This document shows positions 1-13,469 of a DNA stretch of 64,000 nt, in pieces. Each line of letters starts with the position of its first letter. Positions within the stretch are counted from its first letter, which is position 1. The notes under the pieces are model-generated. The model was not told the origin of the DNA and did not search any database. It saw nothing but the letters and a program-made list of their open reading frames with translations. Made by a program: the position numbers and the translations under genes. Origin of the DNA: Takakia lepidozioides (taxonomy: Eukaryota > Plantae > Bryophyta); contig CM060732.1 in NCBI GenBank assembly GCA_030704615.1, positions 37,262,001 to 37,326,000 of the forward strand, written 5' to 3'.

Positions 1-1568
1 TTTGTTGCCTCCGTCCTCGGGGCCGAATTGTTCATTCCACCATACTCTATGATCGTCAGTATTCTCAGCTTTTGGTGGGCTCATTACCACAACTTTCTTG
101 CTCTTTGGAGTGCACCAACACTTCCTTCCTCGACCACATAATGCCCATGGCTTGTCTTTCAGTCCTTGCAGCTCACCATCGTCGAGGGTGACGAGCTCAG
201 TTATCCTGCAAGTCAGTTGTTCTTCCAGGAATCGTGCTGCTCGTTTAGTTGTGTGTCCCTTCATTGATACTGCTTCAGCCCATTCAGAGAAGTGGCAAAG
301 GGTGATCATCACATATTGTTTGTCCTCCTTGCTGAATGGAACGAGTTCTGTTGCATCCATCGAAGTTCGAAAGGATAGATCATGGATAGGTACTCTGAAC
401 ATTACCTTCCTTCTTTCCATCGGGCAATGTCTGTTCCGCCGGTGTACCCTCCTTGCTCCCTTATTTGTGAGGTATTCCCTAATGACTCCAAATGGTAAGT
501 AGTGCATGGATTGCACATCATCAAGCAGGTCAGGCTGGTACTCTTCCTGTTTGCCGTCTCTGGTATGGGTTTCCTTTGGCCAGTCATCATGAGTGTCTTC
601 TACAGCTTCCCCGATCCTCAACGTGAAGCATGTTGCAGCTGCGGATCTCCACATGCTTTGGCAGCAAACCGCATTCATACTCATTGGTGATATGATCCAA
701 CTAGTAAAAATCAGAAGCATCATCACTTCCTTTTTCCAGTTGTGCTTCCAATGCGTTAACTCCTCCTTATTAGTTTTTCTCGGTACAATATGCCCTTGGA
801 AGATTAGGTGTGCACCCTTCATCTGGTTGTGGCTCGAACAACCCATTTTGTCACCAGTAAAGTGATGTATGGTTTGTGGATCGTCAAACACATCAGGTTT
901 GTTTTCTCCCTTATTTTCTGCTTTGCCCGTTGGCCACTTGAGGTCTCCCATGAGCTTGCACTCCTGCTATTGTTCACGTCCTTGCAGCCTCCTCAATTTC
1001 ATTTGCAGTCACTGCTCAAAGCTGGCTGAGTTTTCAAGTTTGATTTTCTTTGCGTGATCATGCCAGAATAAACACCCATAGCTGGTTTGTTCCTGGATGC
1101 TTCTTACTCCAAAGTGTCTTATCCCTGCATGCACTTTGCTGATGATCGCTCCCTTTTTCAAGCTCCTTGGTACCACAAGACCTTTGTAAAACCAATGTCG
1201 AACTTTCCACTGGTTATTTCTGGCCCTGCTTTGTACTCTCCTGCATTCCCTTCCAATCAAATCATTATTGATGAACCTGAAAGCTATGCGATGTATGACT
1301 GGCACATCATTGAACACATCATTGAACACATTAGGTTGGTGCTCCCCCTTGCTCGTTTTGCAAACACCCAGGGCTTCCTATTCCTTTTGGCAAACATTCT
1401 TCAGCGGCCATTTGCAGCAACTCTCGCTTCTGTCCTTCAGTTGTCCATGAATCCTCCTCACAATAAAGTGGGTCGTCCTCTCTTTGCAAATCTGCCTCTT
1501 CAGGCTCCTCAACGCTTGTGTCATCATCAGTAATGCGGTGCTTCGTAATGCGGTCTCCGTTCGTCACA
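1..1568 (-). mobile_element. Degenerate Ty3/gypsy-type integrase remnant (runs off the left edge)
   Basis: Frameshifted minus-strand peptides resemble the integrase H2C2 region (WFYKGLVVPR..GAIISKVHAGIRHFGVR, 1009-1329) and core (KQYVMITLCHFSEWAEAVSMKGHTTKRAARFLEE, ~225-330). The remnant begins with TGT at 1568 on the minus strand, as LTR termini do. Confidence 0.7.
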
Positions 1569-2188
1569 TGAAATCCGAGCTTGAAAATATTTTGGTTCTC
1601 TAGCAAAAGGAACAGAAAACACAATGAATCATTTACCTTCCATTGTTTAGTCTCCGACTTCGTTGTGAGATCGTTGTACTTTTTCGGCCTCCCCCTCAGC
1701 TCGAAGAAATTTCGGGCATGTGCAACTTTCTCGGGAAATGTTGTGTCAAATTTCTACGCCTTATTCGGGTCGTTTAGGAGCTTAGATAGTTTCATGAGCC
1801 TCATCAAATCCTTTGACCATATAATCTTTGAGGGCTAGTCAGTGTAATACTTCTTAAGATTGTCGTCGTCCACGTCTTGCACAAGTTCCTGCGACAGAAT
1901 TGAATAAGGTCAGAAATGATATCGACCTAACAAGCATGTTGTTTAAAGTTCATGAACCTCCACTGTCCAGTGGAGGTTCATTTTGTCACAAAAATTGGAA
2001 TTTGTTGAGAAATATACCTTGGTAGCAATGATCGTGTGTTGTCCATCGATGACGAAGAATCTGGAATTTTCCACCTCCTTCCAGTTTCGAGGTTTCGAAC
2101 TAGAAACCTCCATAGGTTTCTCGGGGTTTGCAGGAATCAAATAAACTGGAAACGAGCAAATGATGCGAGAATGCTCTACCTGAACCAA
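1569..2188 (-). pseudogene. Spliced ParB/Srx-like gene fragment (FFVIDGQHT), assigned to outer element C
   Basis: The exon PVYLIPANPEKP..ENSRFFVIDGQHTIIATK is followed by a GT..AG intron and an exon ELVQDVDDDNLKKYY..KQWK with in-frame stops. The intron holds the same palindrome as the 35.9-41.7 kb region. Confidence 0.65.
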
Positions 2189-2409
2189 AGATGTTTGTTT
2201 GTTTTTGCAATGCTAACAAGCCTGTGAGCTCCGCAAAACACTAAATAGATTGAAGGAACAATCCGGGCAGTCCATGCAACCCCCATCTCCAACGATAGTC
2301 TGTTCCCATAAATTTGCATCCCACGCACACATTGCAAACAGGACAACAGGGACACACAACCATCCCATTTCCAAATTGGCCCCGAATAAAAGCAAAAGAA
2401 AACTTCATA

Positions 2410-5400
2410 TTAAGTGTCACAGTCATCAGAATCAGTATCGACCTCATGTGCTATGTCATCCACAAAGATTCCGGCCCCAACACCACGTCTTCTACCACGA
2501 CCGTCGATTGTTGGACTGCGAGTGCCATGAACGGACATGCTTGTTGTGAGTGCCTCCGCATAGACAGGTAGCACGTAAGACTGAGGAGGACTTGAAAGAA
2601 GTCCAAAAAGGTGTGATAGCCCTGGAGAGTCAGTGGAAGCACGCGGACTCCTGCACAAGTCGACAAAACCCCATTTTGAACACAATGATGCAATGCACAA
2701 GTCCAACGAAGAGGATGTCTCCCATGTGCACTTCGCCTTAAGAACTGTGATTCTGGGTATTGAAACAACAATGCAAGCATCCACAGGTTGAACTTACTCA
2801 CAGACAAAGTCGGAGTCGAGCCTTGTCGGAAGTCTCCCCTATATCAATATCAGCGGGTAGGGGCTTCGGAAGGACTTGAGAAGTGTGTCCACCCAAACCC
2901 ATCAGGAGGTTCTTGTAAATCTCAACATCTCCTTCAATCCCAAAGAGATGTCGCGCACTGGCCTTGCAAGCATGGTACGAGGCACCTGCAGTGGAATACA
3001 ATGAAAGAAACAGACATTGAAGACACATTTGGAACGATCGGAAGAGCTGAAAGTGCAAGCTCAAACAAACCTCATGAAATATGAATGTTGAAGAGACGAA
3101 CTTGTGCCCATTGACAAATCCAGAACTCTAGCGTCTGTGTAGGTGCAGCACTCCACAATCGTCTGAATGAAAGTCGGGCTCCTCTCCTTGGCCCCTCTCC
3201 AAGGAACCCCATTCCCCCTTCGCAAGCACACGTTGCTGTCCATGTAGTTGTGGTGCATGTCATCCGTGGGAGGATCTGTCGTCTCGTCTATGAACTTGCC
3301 CCCATGAGTGATGGCGAACTCTCTAATGATGGCTGGAGTCGTAGGTGGATGCACTCGGACGAGACAAACAACTTCAAACAAACGAGTCTGCGAACATGAC
3401 ATACACAAGGAACTAAGAAGCTTGAAAACCAGGCCCCTACATATTCATTTGAGCGACTTCTGCAACTCCATCCGAAGAGGAATAAGAAGGCAGATTTACG
3501 ATCTCTCCGGGACGATCCCCCTTCATCAGGTACATGCTGTTAACACAATTTCATGTCTTCACGACCCTCATACCGGAGGCTTTCAAATAGCTGGCAAGTG
3601 CACGGCGACAGCGAAGGTCGATGGACTGGATGAACACCAAAACACCTGCATCGGATAGAAAGAAATTGCAAAAGGAGAAAATCCACCGCCAGTAACGCTC
3701 ATCAAAAGCATTCCAACCTGGACAAGCACCCGATGGAGGGACATCCGGGACTGACAACCCATCAGGGATGTCCAAGATGATGAGTTCGGCTGCATATGGC
3801 TTCTCCTTCCCGTTGACCCAGGATTTGGTCATTTTAGCCTGCAAACAAGCATGCAATGGAATGCTCAAGAGGATTGAAACGATCCATGCCCACAACAGAC
3901 AAGAAGCGAAAGACAACACGCACCGTGCCGAGGAACTCCACAATCCTCTCCCACACTAGTGATGGTTCGCCCTTGTTATCAGATTTCTTGGACTCCATCA
4001 TGGCAAGGAACCCGATGTTGGCCGTCTCCAACCTGGTAGGGCGAATGACCCTCGTGGGATGCTCCACTGCATGGTACGGGTCCTTGGGATCAACCACCCC
4101 CTTGTTCTTTCTCCCGGATTCCCTACCATGCGGTGGAGTTTGCTGGACATCCACCAGAGGGCCAGTATCTACAATACTTCCATGCCCACCTACCTGCCCT
4201 TGTGCCCCCTTCCCCCTACCCCTTCCTTTCCCTTTGCCTTTCTACCTTTACCCGGTGTATCCTGAGCGGGAGGCTCCTTCTCTGCAAGAGTCCTCAAATT
4301 TCTATTATAAATGTCGAGGTCGGCTGCTGCGGCGCTGGCTGCTATACGCTCATTCTCTCTCCTCAAAGACACCTCCTGAGCTGGGGTCTGCAGAGCAATC
4401 CAAATACCAACCACAAGCAGAAAGATGGTCTGGGCCCCAGTCATGCAAGATCCCCGTAGTAAACATGGTCTGGTTGCCAGCAGGGACAAGCCAAAGGTCC
4501 ACAAAATCAGGATGTTTGTCCAAGCAGTTCTCTGCCATGAGAACATACTTTATGTACCTGCAGGAATAGAGACAGCCTCATTATGCAATGCAAATATTGT
4601 CTCCCAGCTTTTCCACCCCATCACAAAGACCCCTTAAAAGAGTATGCGGAACAGTACACTCCACCACAAACTCATATGAGCCAGCCAAAAACAGGTTGGA
4701 TGGAGGAGAGTGTGTCTATGCAAAACAAAAGAAGCACAATCCATTTCGCACCTGTAGGCATCGTTTCCAGGCTTCCTCTCCTTTCTCTTGCTGGTCAAGC
4801 TCATTTGTTCGACTGATGCCAGCATCCTTGCTGAACTCTCTGAAGAAACAAGATTGCCACACTGTGGCTCTCCATTTCCTCATGTATGCTTGGAAGGAGA
4901 CCTTCGGTTCTGTCATGGTGATCCCATAGTTAGCCAGCTGCGTATGTAGAACTGACCGGGCCCTTTCCTCTAACTACAGACCAATACAAAAGCAAGAATG
5001 AACCCAAAAACAATCACAACCAATGTAACATGGAAAGAGAATGACAGAAAAAGCGAAAAGAAAGTGACACATCAAAGGACATCATACCTGGCTCCAGTAA
5101 GTGGCCTTGTGAAGCCATGTGTCCAGCACATTGTCACTGACAGGAATGACACGTTGGGTCTTCTTCTCTTTCTCCGGCCTGGGGAACATGTGGGTATCCC
5201 TAACAGTGGGATCGGAGTTCCATATCTGTAGCCACTTCACCTTCTGTTCTGAAGACCCAAGGGCAGTAGACAACCTGTGTAACTTCTCCTGGGCCATCTC
5301 CAGCTTGCCTGGCTTGTTGTAATGGTTTTTCACCTCTTGAAGGAACTATGCTCCGAAGGTTGGGTCTGCAATTCTCAGTTGTTTCACAAAAGCACTCATA

Positions 5401-8400
5401 ATAGTCCTTCTTGTGGCGGTCATCTCTTTCTGGATGTGACTCTCAACACCCTTTGCTGTCTTTCTCTCCTCAGGGGTAGAGCTGTAGTATTACAGTTTGT
5501 CACGCTCTCCTGCATCTACAATGTCTTGCTGCAAGGGAATGCACAAGAGTTGCATCAACCTAAGGGCAAGGGAAACAAACAGAAACAAACATATGGAAGC
5601 AGGAATATCGAAAGGCCAGATGATGGAAGATGTATCTCACCGCGTACATATACTCCATGAAAGCCTCACGGGTCAACGAGTACCACGTTTCTGATGTCTT
5701 GGAGCTTTCACACTTCTTGTACGTCTCTGCTGAAAGGATGGTCTTGAAGTTGGTCAAGGGCATCTGCCCGATCCTTTGTATCATGTACAGTGTGTGAAGC
5801 AGACTTGTTTTGACATGCGATGTCTCCGTCTCTCTGCAGAATGATGTGTGAAAGTCAAAATGAAATTCAAGGACCATCAACAGGGAACTGGAACCAAAGA
5901 ACCACGGAACCACAAGTGGAACATGTAGAATGAGAAACCAACCTGTTCATATCATTCATTGCCATCAGAAGACCCATCATGTCCCGTCACAATCCAACAC
6001 CATCGATCGAACAGAATAATGTCACTCTTCCTCCTATGAGTGCAGCCTCCCAATGACAGCCATCCATGCAAGCAACCGGTGGTTGCCATCCCAAACGTGA
6101 AACATCTTCCTGAGAATGCCTGGGTGGAAGGTTTCCTAGAGAGAAGAAGTTCGAAGGATTTGTTCACCTGTCTCCAAATGGGATCCCAGGAGTCCACGAT
6201 TGACTCATCCACAAGGAGCTCATTGCCTCTGGAATCCCTTGTAGAAACGTAAAAGACTACGGATCCATCCAAATACCCATGAACAAACTCGGCCTCCAGC
6301 TTCAGGATGTCCTTGATGAGGGGTGGACGAACGACGGGCATGGAAACCAACCTACACAGGGGAATCTTCAACCTCCCACCCGGGGCAAGCATACTTTGCA
6401 CCACAAGCTGAGAGTTTACCTTCTGACCACCCAGCATCTCAGCGGCTTTGTTTTCATAGAACTCATCGTCCACATCAACAATGATCTCCTTCCCCTGCCC
6501 CGAAGAGATCTCATCCGCCACACTTTGTATCTTCTCCTGCAGGGTTGTTCATTCAAATTGATATAAGAGAGAGGCATGAAACGATGGTGTTTTGAGCATG
6601 GCAGACAGGCCCTGTGTGGCCCAATTTCTCATCAGAAAACAAGCATTGTGGGGGCCGAAAACACTGTGCGTTGCCGCACAATGTTTCAGCTTCCAAATAG
6701 TGGTGTTTTGAACATGATATTTGGCCCTATGTGGCACATTTCCACAAAAAAAAACAAGCAGAGAGGGGGCGAAAAAGGGGGCAAAAACAGTGTGCGTTGC
6801 CGCACACTCTTCGTGCTTCCAACTGTGTGAGTTTTGAGCATGCATACTAGCCCTGTTTGGCCCAATTTCACATAGAAAAACAAGCATAGAGGGGGCTCAA
6901 AACAGTGTGCGTTGCCGCACACTATCTGAGCTTCCAATAAGGGTTGGATTCAACCTACCAGAGTGGCCCTAGGTGCCCGATTTTCACACCAAAAAACAAG
7001 CAGATAAGGGGGATCAAACAGTGTGCGTTGCCGCACACTATTTGAGCTTGCAATAAGGTGTGATTTTAACAAGGCACAGTGGCCATGAGTGGCCGATTTT
7101 GAAATAAAAGAAAAGGCAGTGAAGGGGGCTCAAACAGTGTGCGTTGGCGCACACTGTTTGAGCTTCCATTTCGGCGTGGATTCAACCTGCCAGATTGGCC
7201 CTAGGTGCACAATATTCATGTCCAAAAACAAGCAAATCAGGGGGCTCAAACAGTGGGGGCTCAAACATTGTGCGTTGACGCACACTATTTGAGCTGCCAG
7301 GTAAGTGTGCATTGAACCTCAAAGACATGCCCTATGTGGCCGATTTTCACATGAAAAAACAATGACAAGGTGGGCTCAAACAGTGTGCGTTGACGCATAC
7401 TGTTTGAGCTGCCAGGTAAGTGTGCATTGAAGCTGAAAGAGATGCCCTATGTGGCCGATTTTCACTTGAAAAAAACAATGACAAGGTGGGCTCAAACAGT
7501 GTGCGTTGACGCATACTGTTTGAGCTGCTAGGTAAGTGTGCATTGAACCTCAAAGACATGCCCTATGTGGCCGATTTTCACATGAAAAAAACAATGACAA
7601 GGTGGGCTCAAACAGTGTGCGTTGACGCACACTGTTTGAGCTGCCAGGTAAGTGTGCATTGAACCTCAAAGAGATGCCCTATGTGGCCGATTTTCAAATG
7701 AAAAAAACAACGACAAGGTGGGCTCAAACAGTGTGCGTTGACGCACACTGCTGGAGCTGCCAGGAAATTATTGATTGAACCTCATAGAGATACCCTGTCT
7801 GGACGATTTTATTGTGAAAAAAACAATGAGAATGGGGGCTCGAACAATGTGCGTTGGCGCACACTGTTGGAGCTTCGAAATAGGGGTGGATTGAACCGGA
7901 CAGAGAGGCCCATGTGTGCACCATTTCGACACCAAAAAACAAGGCATAAGGGGGGCTCAAATAGTGTGCGTTGATCCACACTGTTTGAGCTTCCAATTCG
8001 GGGTGGATTGAACCTGCCATAGTGGCCCTATGTGGCCGTTGGCACATCAAAAAACAAGCAAAATGGGGGGCTCAAACAATGTGCGTTGCCGCACACTGTT
8101 TGAGCTTCCAATTCGGGGTGGATTCAACCTGCCAGAGATGCCGTGTGTAGGCTATTTTCATATCAAAATACAAGCACAACTGGGGTTCACATCACCAATG
8201 AAGCACAAAGGTGGGTCTCAAACATTTTACCTTTTTTTTTTGCTGCTCCAGAAGACTCCCCAATCGCCAGATACCCTTTGCGCTTTGGACTGCTCTGTAC
8301 GCCGAGCATGTTGTGGAGCATCTCCCCCATCCCCTTTTCCACTATCTGGTTCTTCGTGAGTCCAGCATCAACATCATCTTCGGCGTCCGTCTCTCCCTCG

Positions 8401-8603
8401 GATGTAGTCTCCTCCTCACCTGTTCTTGGAAGTATGGCGGGCTGCTGTTCTTCTCCAGAATCCTGCTCTTCCATCGCCAGACTTTCCTCTTTGCCCTCTT
8501 CTTCCTTCTACTCTACTCTTTCCATCTCATTCTATCTCTGGCTCTATTCCTGTCCCTAGTGCTCGTGAAGTATAACGACTTCCTTCTCTTCCTCCTCCGG
8601 TGG
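2410..8603 (-). pseudogene. Element A multi-exon ParB-like + beta-class DNA amino-methyltransferase-fold gene (5' part continues at 23568-~23630)
   Basis: Acidic N-terminus (8231-8603), ParB-like exon (5952-6536; IPLCRLVSMPVVRP, and WDGNHR after a frameshift), middle exons, motif-IV-like LIILDIPDG (~3760-3786), KERSPTFIQTIVECCTYTDARVLDLSMGT (motif X/I, ~3102-3190) and ASYHACKASARHLFGIEGD (from 2985). Contains stops and frameshifts. Confidence 0.8.
6590..8170. repeat. Tandem array of ~13 x ~116-bp units, each with a 36-bp palindrome, inside an intron (6537-8230) of the element A ParB-MTase gene
   Basis: GCTCAAACAGTGTGCGT-TG-ACGCACACTGTTTGAGC has perfect arms at 7606-7641. Variants recur near 6658, 6785, 6900, 7015, 7131, 7262, 7377, 7494, 7725, 7842, 7958 and 8073. 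Confidence 0.95.
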
Positions 8604-8611
8604 AAACAAGG

Positions 8612-8720
8612 GAGGTTTACTATTTCATGAGCAGAAACCATGAGCCATGAGCCATGAGCCGCATGAGCCGCATGAGCGGTGAGCCGAAGTCTAAGATACG
8701 CGGATTTCATGAGCGGACTC
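8612..8720 (+). repeat. Left TIR and subterminal (C)CATGAGC repeats of element B
   Basis: TATTTCATGAGC..CCATGAGCCATGAGCCATGAGCCGCATGAGCCGCATGAGC; the inverted counterpart is at 23478-23559. Confidence 0.9.
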
Positions 8721-9462
8721 CTCCAAATTTGGAAATGCGGCAGATTAAACAAGTATTAAAATAATAGTTTTTTATTTGACCTTGCCGTTTTTGGACGTTC
8801 CAGATCATGTAATGCGGCGAAGATATGTCGTCAGTAACAAGTCCGCTCATGGTTTTTTAGATCCGCTCATGGAAATAAGTGACCGTGCAACGGGAAATCC
8901 AGTATACCACTGCAAAAGGACGTCGCATACTGGCCTGTATAGAGTATTCCGCGGTTTTACATGCCTTAACATTGGAATGAAGCTGACCCTTTTGCCGCGA
9001 TTGAACCAATGGAGTCTGCACCAATACAGTCTGCAGTACTTTCAACAATTCTGTCTTCTTCGGGTATTCGGCGGGAAAGGTTTGCAACTGAACTGGGAAA
9101 TAAGGTGCCGCATTAGGGTTCGCACGTGCGAAATTTCGGAGCGGTTTGGTGTTGGCGAAGGCCGCCTCTACCAGTACCTACGACGATACTTGGAAATGCG
9201 GCGCCGCATTTCCTTGTCGGAGGTCGAATGAGGAAAGCAAGTTTTCGGAAAGCAGAAAAACATGAACCCTCCAACATACAAAAATACATGCACGTGGAAA
9301 CAAGTGAACGATATAGTATATCTTAGTTCGAGCAAAACAGGTTACTGGTAGGCAAGACATATGTCGGACCTTTCTGTGGCCAGAGTCTGAGGTACTGGCA
9401 GCAGTACAGTTCTACTATCCGAAAAGGATGGGCGTACCATTGTATGGGACCGCAAGCCAAGC

Positions 9463-12400
9463 TCACTGGTCCCCTGGATCCATATTCAGAAGAGTGTGAA
9501 CCTCCTGGGGGGCTCAACCCTGGTGCATGTATGAAGTGATGAGTTGTGGAATTACAACGGAGTCTCTTTAGGTACACGTAGTACAAATGCTTGCAAGGGC
9601 AGTATGATGCCCCCTTGTTCGCCATGATCTGGAAGTCGGTGCAATTGCAGGTGGGTAATTCTGAAATGGTGATGGTGTACACCTCATTGCGAACAGCTGA
9701 GCCTGCCGTGGCCATCTGATACACACGCCCGAATCCTGGTGGGGCACTTCTGTCGAGCTCTGGATTGTACAGTTCATCCGAAGTGCATTCCCATCCTTGT
9801 CTCGTTCACTTTTGAGGGAGGTCGCCGCCTCTTCGGTTTCCCCCAACGGTGTGTAGGATGCTTAGAGCTGTCGTGTCCCATTGTTCTTGCTCTCACAGGG
9901 GTCGGTGGTGGAGGCTGTGGAAGCGGAAATGGTTGTCTGGGGACGTCAGTGCGCGCTGCACCATCCGAAATCCTGCGGCGGTAAGGGCGTCGGCCTCAAC
10001 CTGACTCAGATCGCAGCCTGGTTCCACCGGCCACACCGGGGGAGCCTCTGGCATTGTTTGTATGCCGTACTGGGCTTTCCATACACGCAAGTCATAATGT
10101 CGTGCCTGCAGAACCAGAACTGGGTGGTTGTCGCCTCCGCAAACTTTGCATGGACAAATCTTCCTGTAAAAGTAGGAGCAGGGACAGCCCCATCTGGATT
10201 CCTCCTTATCATCTCTAAACAACGTTGCCGTGTATCCACACGAATTGCGGAACACCTTCCTCGAAACGACGGCTTTGTGCGAGCAATTCTCCACTGTGAT
10301 GCAGACACAGTCGTCCACAATGGCTTGGCCATACTGCATAACAGCGGGCGGAATCTGGGGCAAGGGAGCGGTGGGAATTTTGCACGAAATCCCCGGTTGA
10401 AGGCGACGGCGATCTGGAATTTCTTGGGCTTCCACTGCTGGAAGACACATTGTGCGGCAACATGACGGGACCTCGAGGTGCTGTCCGAATGTTCCTGTCG
10501 GATCTCCAGGAATCCTCTTCGCACCCGGGTTCCTCTTCAATCCTCCGCCTGACAGGGCGAGTCCGGACGTCCCCTCTAGGTGTTCACCTCTGCGGTGCAG
10601 AGGCGTCCCTTTGATCTTCTCTCGCAATGCTGTCGCCCATTTCACTGGATTCTTGGACCTCGAAGCTGTTCGTACCAACAATTCCTCCCTGTCCGGCCCA
10701 AAGCCCCATTGTTTGCCGCTCAGGAACTTGTAGTACGTGGCTTGCTGCATGATTGCTCTGTCGATGTCCTCCGTTGTGGCCGTCACTACGTCCACCAGAT
10801 GTGCGGCAGAAGACGCTCGCCAGGAGGAGTGGACCGATTCTGCCATATTCGTGTTCGGCATGTCCGTGTCGGAATCCAAGCACCGCTCCTAGAAGGACAC
10901 AAACAATGGTGAGGGACCAATCGAAATGTCCGTAACAGAAAGACAAATGAACGAAAAATGACAGCAGCCTACCTCCCGCATGTACTGTCCGAACTGTCGA
11001 TACCGAAAATGCCACCACCCCAACCAGCTGTGCAATGCTCCCAGATTGGTTGTCTCCACTGCACCTGACGTGTTCCACCAAGCCTCGATGATAGCAAACT
11101 TAACCTCCGCGTCATCAAATGTGGGTGCATCCTTCCACGCCGTACAAAGGACACGGTGTTCAGCCTGGAATGAGCTAGCAACAAATTTGGTAGTGTAGTG
11201 GGATAGACTCTGCATCCAATGGAATCCACAGGATCTCTCTTTCCCTCCATTGGAACATTGGGGTCCTCACCGTACACACGCCGCACCGCTGCCCAGTTGG
11301 CCTGAGCGTTGTCTGCCATGAATCCCCTGAAATTGGGCTCTGGCAATCCCGCCCTTGCCATCTGCTCGTTTATGCCCTCCCACAGATGCATCTCGGACTG
11401 TGTGTCCTCCCCTTTCATCTCGCAGATTGCAATCGTCATGAGCCTCTTGGAGTGATAGTCATAAACATGCGCACCCATAGTCACCCACTGATGGTTTGTA
11501 ATTCGCTTGATGTGATCAAACATCACCCAAGCATTCGACAAGTTTCCAGTTGTCATGCGAGTGACCAAGTCGACTCCACTCCCAGGCCCACACGTCGACA
11601 TTTTGAAAATGTAACAACGATCGGATTCGCTGCCTTGCCCTGGAAAAACCTGCTACCTTGGATGTAGTCATATCCAGTCATTCGTTTCACCTCCAGGATT
11701 GAGTACATGTCCGACCCCCTGCCGAACTCCTGCTTGCAAGATACGATGTGATTCCGCACATTCGGACTACAAACGTGCGAGACGGACTCCAAGAGGTCAC
11801 GCATCTCGTCTTCGTCAAGGGCTCTCGGTCGGAACCATCTTCAGACATGATTTTGCCAAGAGCAATCTTGTGGGCTGCCTTCAGCTGAATCTGCTTTGGT
11901 CTGGCTCCGGGGCTCAATTTCACCTCCTCTTTTATGATGTCGTGTGCTTCCTGCACAGCCTCACGCATGTTGCCTCTCGCCAAGGGGTGGCAGTGGACCC
12001 CAACGTGTATGCAAGCTCTAGTCAAGTCCGGGAGCAAATGGATTACGTAATATTGCTTGGCTCTGCACATGGACATGCACGTCGGTGGTTCTTTGCAATG
12101 TGCACACTTGAAAGAACCCGCAGGAGCTTGGCTGGAGACAATGAATGGATGATGCGTTGTGCCAGTCCAATCCGTCTCGTTTCTCCGCCCTCCTTTGGAG
12201 AGAAAGTGGAAGCAGGGGATTGAGGCACCTCAGCTTCCCCGCACAGAGGACATATCGTACACGAACACCATCAGCAATTTTCGTGCTACTGGTCTTCGTC
12301 ACACACCAGGGTGTCCGTCATGCTTTCGATCCATGTCTGTTAACATCCGGAGGCTTTGTTTGACGAAGAAACAGGTGGAAACTCGAAGATGACATTGCCA

Positions 12401-13062
12401 TCGACTTCGGGAGGCAGAAACGTTACCTTTCTGACTGGGAATTTGGCATAGTCGAGAGCAGCCAGCTCGGAGCGAGAACCATCGAGGTGATGTTGTCGTA
12501 GGAGCTGCACAATGGACCGGGTTGGAGTTATGCTCGAGGGCACATGCGTAGCACCTACAGAGACGTCCATGCCGGATTTGAACGACCGTGTGGAGGACAT
12601 GGGTACCTCAATGCAATCATCTTCCTCGTCGGAAATGTCGAATACGTCCACACGAGAAGCTATGGAGGGTCTTGACGGTCCAGGTCGGGAATGATTATCG
12701 TTGCATACCTCTCTGTTGGCAGTGGCCGCCTGTCGGTTTCCGGACTCCTTTGTGGATGGTGTGGGCAGCGACTGATTCGGAAAGGGAATGGGCATTCCCA
12801 CAGCTCGGTACAGGATGGTGTCTGACGGGGGAACGTGCCATTCGATTCCGCAACCTCCGTCGTTACCTAGCACGACAATGGTCTCGTCAACCTGTCCAGG
12901 AACATCCTTCCTTTCTTCTTCCAAATAAACTGTGCCCGGTTTGAGCTTGAATTTGGAACAAAGGTAAGTTTCAGTCACTCTGCAAAGTCCTCCCTCGTTT
13001 GGGATCCAGGCTCTCCCAAGTTGCGGAGGACAGCAAACTATAGCGTAGGAATTCGGAGCCAT
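9463..13062 (-). pseudogene. Element B MULE-type DDE transposase with GCM-like N-terminal domain and C-terminal SWIM finger (frameshifted as assembled)
   Basis: WVMFDHIKR (D1), FMADNAQAN (D2), TNMAESVHSSW (E); SWIM CNCTDF..CPCKHLYYV; N-terminal CAGKLRCLN..CRAKQY..CIHVGVHCHP. One intron at ~10873-10970. Confidence 0.85.
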
Positions 13063-13469
13063 CGAACACCGCACGAGTTGGCAAGTGCGAGGTTCAGTAT
13101 AGCGACAGACCAAGGCTCACAGGCACCATGCGGAGTCCATCGACGATTGGAAGTCGCACATTGAAGTGGAAAGTATTGTTTCAAGCTACATGCATGAAGG
13201 TGGAGGTTTGATTCCATAGCCAGTAAGTATGACAATGATGGCCGATTCGGCGACGAAATAACATCTCTGACAGTTTCTCCTGAGGGTGGATCCAGCAGTA
13301 TTCTCGGTGCAGACAGGAACGTTCGCACTGACAAGTGCCAGGACTTAGTTAAAACGGTCAGACCAAGTTGTGCTCATCAAGACTGGCCGCAATTGTGTTG
13401 TTTCGGAACAATGCAACCCATTGAGGTTCCAGATTTCCCGTCCCGAGTGATTCTTTCGATTGCTGGTGG

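Noticed and set aside
1-1568. Ginger-type DNA transposon (TGT end close to an integrase)
   Set aside because: The upstream peptide looks like the RNase H-integrase linker of a gypsy pol, and the other end is outside the window. A deleted retrotransposon is simpler.
6590-8170. CRISPR-like array (36-bp palindromic repeat with spacers)
   Set aside because: The spacers are homologous to one another, the array is in a eukaryotic intron, and there are no cas genes.
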